Shown: in pieces, positions 59,790 through 64,000 of the stretch | How the letters are laid out: each line of letters begins with the position of its first letter | How positions within the stretch are numbered: the first letter of the stretch is position 1 | Source of the DNA: Selaginella moellendorffii | Lineage: Eukaryota > Plantae > Lycopodiophyta | NCBI RefSeq assembly: GCF_000143415.4 | Contig: NW_003314263.1 | Span: forward strand, 2,854,041 to 2,918,040 | Length of the DNA stretch: 64,000 nt | Direction of reading: 5' to 3' | The notes under the pieces: generated by a model | Told to the model about the DNA's origin: nothing | The model's database searches: none | The model's input: only the letters and a program-made list of their open reading frames with translations | Made by a program: the position numbers and the translations under genes

Positions 59790-62700
59790 CCTTGCAATGC
59801 TGAACGCAACTTTCGCTATGATACTTTATGCTTCTCTCTCCTTTCGCATTGTCTTCTGTTCATAGCAGTTTGCAGACGGATTTCTAGATCTCATTGATCT
59901 CATTGGTAATTCGTTCTGCTTCTAGAATTTCTCTTACCAGTATGCCAGAAGAAAGTGACCAAGAGGTAAACTAAACATGATTTTTTATTCACTAGATAGC
60001 CGAAGGAGCTACTAGTGAATAAACATAAAGAGAGGACATTCTAGACAATGTAGCGTTTCTTGATGAGATTGTCAATCAACGCTTCAACTCTGTCTTGGTG
60101 TTCTTGCCAATCAACATCTGGTGACCAAAAATTTCTTAAAGCTTCCACCACTTCACCATCCTCAGACACTAACAAAATCCAGATAACATATCCTTTCCAC
60201 CCTCGGCTTCGTGTCAACAATAAAAATGATCAAAGCCCTCACACCTTTTGCATCCCGAGGGATAATTCACACTACTTTCAAATGGCACTGGCAAATCATT
60301 TGCTGTGTAGTTGAAGGGGTAGCACTTAGGTCATCTTTCCAACTATAAAATCGCCCTACTTCTTGGCCATCGCTTCCATCATCTGCCTGGCCATCGCAAC
60401 CCCTCAAGAAAATAAAAAACCTTATTTCGTAAGAGAGAAAATAACCAGTATATTTTACAGATCTTTAAGCTGCTATGGTGGACAGAAAAGAGTGGCCAGA
60501 CCTTGCCCTCTTGTCACAACTATACCATCCACGTCTCCTTGGATTGCTCCCCACATTTCCACTCGGAGCTACTTGGATTCAAAACCTCTTCTTGTAAGTT
60601 CCAAGTTCTTCTGAGTGATTTACTTTGAGATATGTGAAATACCTGGATTCCACTGCTTTCCCTTACTGTATGCTCGTAAGCAGGCCGATGAGCTATTAGT
60701 CCCGGAGAACAATGAGATATAGAAATCCATCTGCAAACTGCTATGTAGCACTCTCCAGCCAGGCTTGTGCGAGGACACACGTATTCACCCGGCAGCATCT
60801 ATTCACAAAGATTTAGCCATGCCATTTCCCAGAACCTGAGCATTAAGAATGGTCGCATTCCAACAAAACAAGCAACACCTGAGAGATGCCTTTTGTTTCC
60901 GAAAGTTCATTGCTGAAAACGCACCTCGACAACGCAAATAACACGGTCTTGAGTCGCCGAAATAAAAAATAAAATAAAAAATTACAGATGAGAAGAAGAG
61001 AAACTTTTTTTCGTGACCTCAATGCGGGAGTCAATCTCCCTGAAAAATTCAACGTAAGTTTTCTCTTTCATTTTCGTTGTTTTTTTTCGTGCTAGCTGAA
61101 AATGCTGGTCTAGCCAAGAATTGTCAACGGGCATACGTAGATCAGTGTTCAGCTACTTCTGGTTCTTTTCTTTCGTAAAACGCAGCGAGGTTTTTCATTT
61201 ATGTTGGGGGTGTACATGAGTGAAGCCTTGCACGTCCCTTCCATACAGGTCTCTGTCTAGTTTGGATAGAACCTTCTTTTGTCTTGAAAGCTGGCAGGAG
61301 TGTCGTAAGTAGGCTATGCTTGCCGGCAACTGCAATCCCAATCATCCCATAGAGCATACTGATTTGGTTATCGCCACTGAGGAGGCCAAAAGGTGCAAGC
61401 ATCTGGTTGACAACCGAAGTACAGCATCTTCCTGTAGAGGTGAGAGCTTCCTGGATGCGGTCAAGCGTCTCGATGCCAAGCCTGAGCTCCTGGATCTCGA
61501 TACAGAGTTTTTTAATTCTCACGTTACAAAAATAGCATGGCTAAATCCTTGTTAAATGCTGCCAGGGAGCCTTGCAATTCTCGCAACGCAACTTTCACTA
61601 TAATACATGGTGATTCGTTTTGCTTCTAGGCCTGGTCCCCAAGCGGACTTAGGCAATACTACAGACTCTGCATTGACACTTCTTTTTGGAAACAAGCGGT
61701 ACATGGAATGTCTATATTCTGGTTGTGTTTCAGAATTTGTACAACATTGATCCGGAAAGTATTCAATTTTTATGTATGGTTTTCACGGGAGTAAGTCACT
61801 TAAAGGATTGTTGTAGAATATTCCGGGAGTAAGTCACTTTTGGATGCATAAAGGATTGCTGTAGCAATGGAGTGGAGGCGATTGCCAGGGAGATGATGGA
61901 AGCCATGGCCAAGAATTATAAGGGCGATTTTATAATTTGAACTAAGTGGGCTCTTGAGCTACACAGCAAAGGCTTTGCCAGTGCCATATGAAGGTAGTGT
62001 GGCGACTCATGGGAAATTTTTCCCTCGGGATGCAAAAGGTGTGAGGGCTTTGATCGTCCGAGGATAACGACGAAGCCATGGAAGTGAGGGCAGAAAGGGT
62101 ATGTTATGCGGCTGCTATGGCATTTTTGTTTCCACTTTTTAATTTTTTTTCTCTTTTAGGTGTCTGAGGATGGCCAAGTGCTAGAAGCTGTAAGACATTT
62201 CTGGTCACCAGCAAACATTGTGTGTCTGGCAAGAACACGACAGAGCTGAAGCGATGATCGATGATTCCATCAAGAGAGGCGAGATTCTTTTGTGCTAAAA
62301 TGCTATTACTCTCTAGAAAACGTCTAAAACATATTCTCCTTCTACCATATTGGTAAGAGAAGTTCTTCGAAAATTCCAGCAGCAGCAACTCAAAGTGGGA
62401 TTTAACATTTGAATATGGATAATATCACCGCAGTGTGGATCATTGTCTCTGCGGGGGCATCTTCTTCCATTGCCTTCTAATCCTCTTGCCGCGCCCTAAA
62501 CTTTGAATCAGTGCCTTGGCGGCACACTGACGTGGCAGCAATGAATGCATCCTCTTCAGAAATCGAGCATATCCCCTTCCCTTCCCGCCTAAATTCGCCC
62601 TAGTCGTGCCCAAGTATCTTTGGTATATTCTCCGCATCTTTAACTTCACGGCCAGCAGAACACCGAGGGAGAAGAAGATCTCTGCCTAGGGTTTTACAGA

Positions 62701-63250
62701 TCGATCGATAGATTTCTAGGCGCTTGGCAGCATTGAGAAATCATCCACAAGGTACATTCTTTCTTCCCTTGCTTGGTCGCCATCGCCATAGTTCACCGGG
62801 ATTGTCTAGATCTGCGGCAGAATCCAGCGTGGGATTGATCGCTCAGGCTCTCTAGGCCGGGATTTCTTGGACTGGATGCCGGATTATCACGGATTCACCT
62901 CTTTTGCAATAGCATCGATGCATGAGCGCGTGGAAGCGACTGTTCCAGCGGTGCTGTTGGCGTGATCGTCGTATTGGAGAGCGTGGTTCTCATCCACCAG
63001 CTGAGAATCCGGGCAGGCAGGGTAGATCGAGCTCCCACGGCTCCAGAAAATTGGTAAGCTATCTTCTAACTTATAGATCGACGTGCATAACTCATGAAGC
63101 TCCTCTTGCAGGAAGGACGAGCTTCCACTATCTCGCCGCCAAATCCACAGCCAACTGTGACTAGTTCTAGCAGAGGAAAGCATTGGTACGTTCTTCTTTT
63201 AAACTGGGAACTGACAAGTTTCTATCCAGTTCTTAGTTCCAGACGCTAGA
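59790..63250. pseudogene. Mosaic of shortened duplicates: SPHK(+), X(-), SPHK(-), SPHK(+), X(+), UBP 5' region (inverted)
   Basis: Examples: ATAGCAGTTTGCAGACGGATTTCTAGA (59862) matches 58419; 60450-61050 is the reverse complement of SPHK pieces; GCATGGCTAAATCCTTGTTA (61535) matches 57682; 62718-63250 is the reverse complement of ~55880-56520. Confidence 0.88.
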
Positions 63251-63261
63251 CTTCGAATGCA

Positions 63262-64000
63262 ATGAAAGAGAGAAGAGAGAATCTGGACATTCTCAAGCCC
63301 GAGATCATTGACATGGTTGTCAAGAAGATGAAGCATAACACATATCTCTCGCTCGAGTTCTTTACGCTGGCCATGAGAATCTCCAGCTTCCGGCACGACG
63401 TGGTGATGGTCATGATCCTTGGAGTCGATGGCAACTATTTCATGGCGATCACAGACATGCCCCGTGGAAACGATCTCTACGTGAAGACGAAGTATGACAG
63501 GAAGCTGCGGCCTTCACCTCGTCCCAGACAGCAAAAAGTCCCCGAAGCAGGCTTGGATAGGTTCAGCATGGTAGCAGTCCAACACCAGCTCGGGAGGAAG
63601 ACTTACACAGCCGACGAGCAGGAAGGCAACTACGTGGATCTGATAATGAGTCACAAGCAGTACAGGCAGGAGCTCCATCTTCACAGAGGGAAGAAGCAGT
63701 GGAACGTCCGTGCAGTCAGGGACAAGTTTCTGGTCTACGAGACACTTCCTCCCGCGAGTGACACTGGTGATGATCCTCTGGTGCTTTGCGGTCGCGACAA
63801 GATCGCCATTGTTCAGCCATTGTCAGTAACAGTGAACAACCAGGCGAAGAATGTCTCGTGGAACTCGTTGGGCTTGCAGGAATGCAAAGAAGAAAGGGAG
63901 AACTATATGGTGCCGAGCAGTAAGGAGGGTCAGCCGGGTTTAGTTCCAGGCAAAGGAGCTCTAGTCTTCCACAAGACTGTGAAGAAAGGAGGAGGGAGCT
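63262..64000 (+). CDS. Open chimeric ORF (at least 246 codons, runs off window): PPR-protein-like N-terminal piece fused to family Y
   Basis: No stop from ATG 63262 to 64000. LSLEFF..A....SFRHD...MILG resembles the pre-repeat segment of PPR proteins; from NDLYVKTKY onward it is homologous to 48020-48460. Confidence 0.6.
   Translation, partial: MKERRENLDILKPEIIDMVVKKMKHNTYLSLEFFTLAMRISSFRHDVVMVMILGVDGNYFMAITDMPRGNDLYVKTKYDRKLRPSPRPRQQKVPEAGLDRFSMVAVQHQLGRKTYTADEQEGNYVDLIMSHKQYRQELHLHRGKKQWNVRAVRDKFLVYETLPPASDTGDDPLVLCGRDKIAIVQPLSVTVNNQAKNVSWNSLGLQECKEERENYMVPSSKEGQPGLVPGKGALVFHKTVKKGGGS

Noticed and set aside
61199-61522. 107-aa minus ORF (and 62440-62649) inside the mosaic
   Set aside because: Coding-like but unrecognised and embedded among pseudogene fragments; cannot be supported as genes.

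Overview
Eukaryotic, gene-dense plant DNA with ~50-60 nt introns and short intergenic gaps. This style suggests a compact non-seed-plant genome such as the lycophyte Selaginella (inference, not verified). Left end: the 3' end of an LTR with an iMet primer-binding site, a small tRNA cluster (iMet, His, plus His and Lys fragments) and a TauE/SafE gene. The main feature is a ~2013-aa ZNFX1-type SF1 RNA helicase / RZ-finger E3 gene with an unusual architecture: PB1 - CCCH - helicase - NF-X1 fingers - RING-like - TPR - RZ. It has a 1-nt frameshift just before the E3 module and is flanked on both sides by inverted, deletion-eroded copies of itself. Further genes: ENT, a 12-Cys secreted peptide, a Tim21-like protein, ABCI12, SES1-like, a fused ALKBH8-TRM9, two DYAD/SWI1/AM1 paralogues around SWEET, a fungal-type FAD oxidase and PHS1/REC114, a PGYxG-motif (ciliary MIP-like) gene, two tandem HKTs, YKT6, a MYND-USP deubiquitinase ending in a SEC-C motif, and sphingosine kinase. 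Much of 42.7-50.3 kb and 58.9-64 kb is scrambled, shortened duplicates of neighbouring genes and pseudogenes (SHPRH, FolD, YKT6, SPHK, UBP), including a candidate new chimeric ORF that runs off the right end. Three ~1.4-1.8 kb AT-rich islands and one 102-N gap are present. All family calls come from motif recognition by eye; no searches were run.
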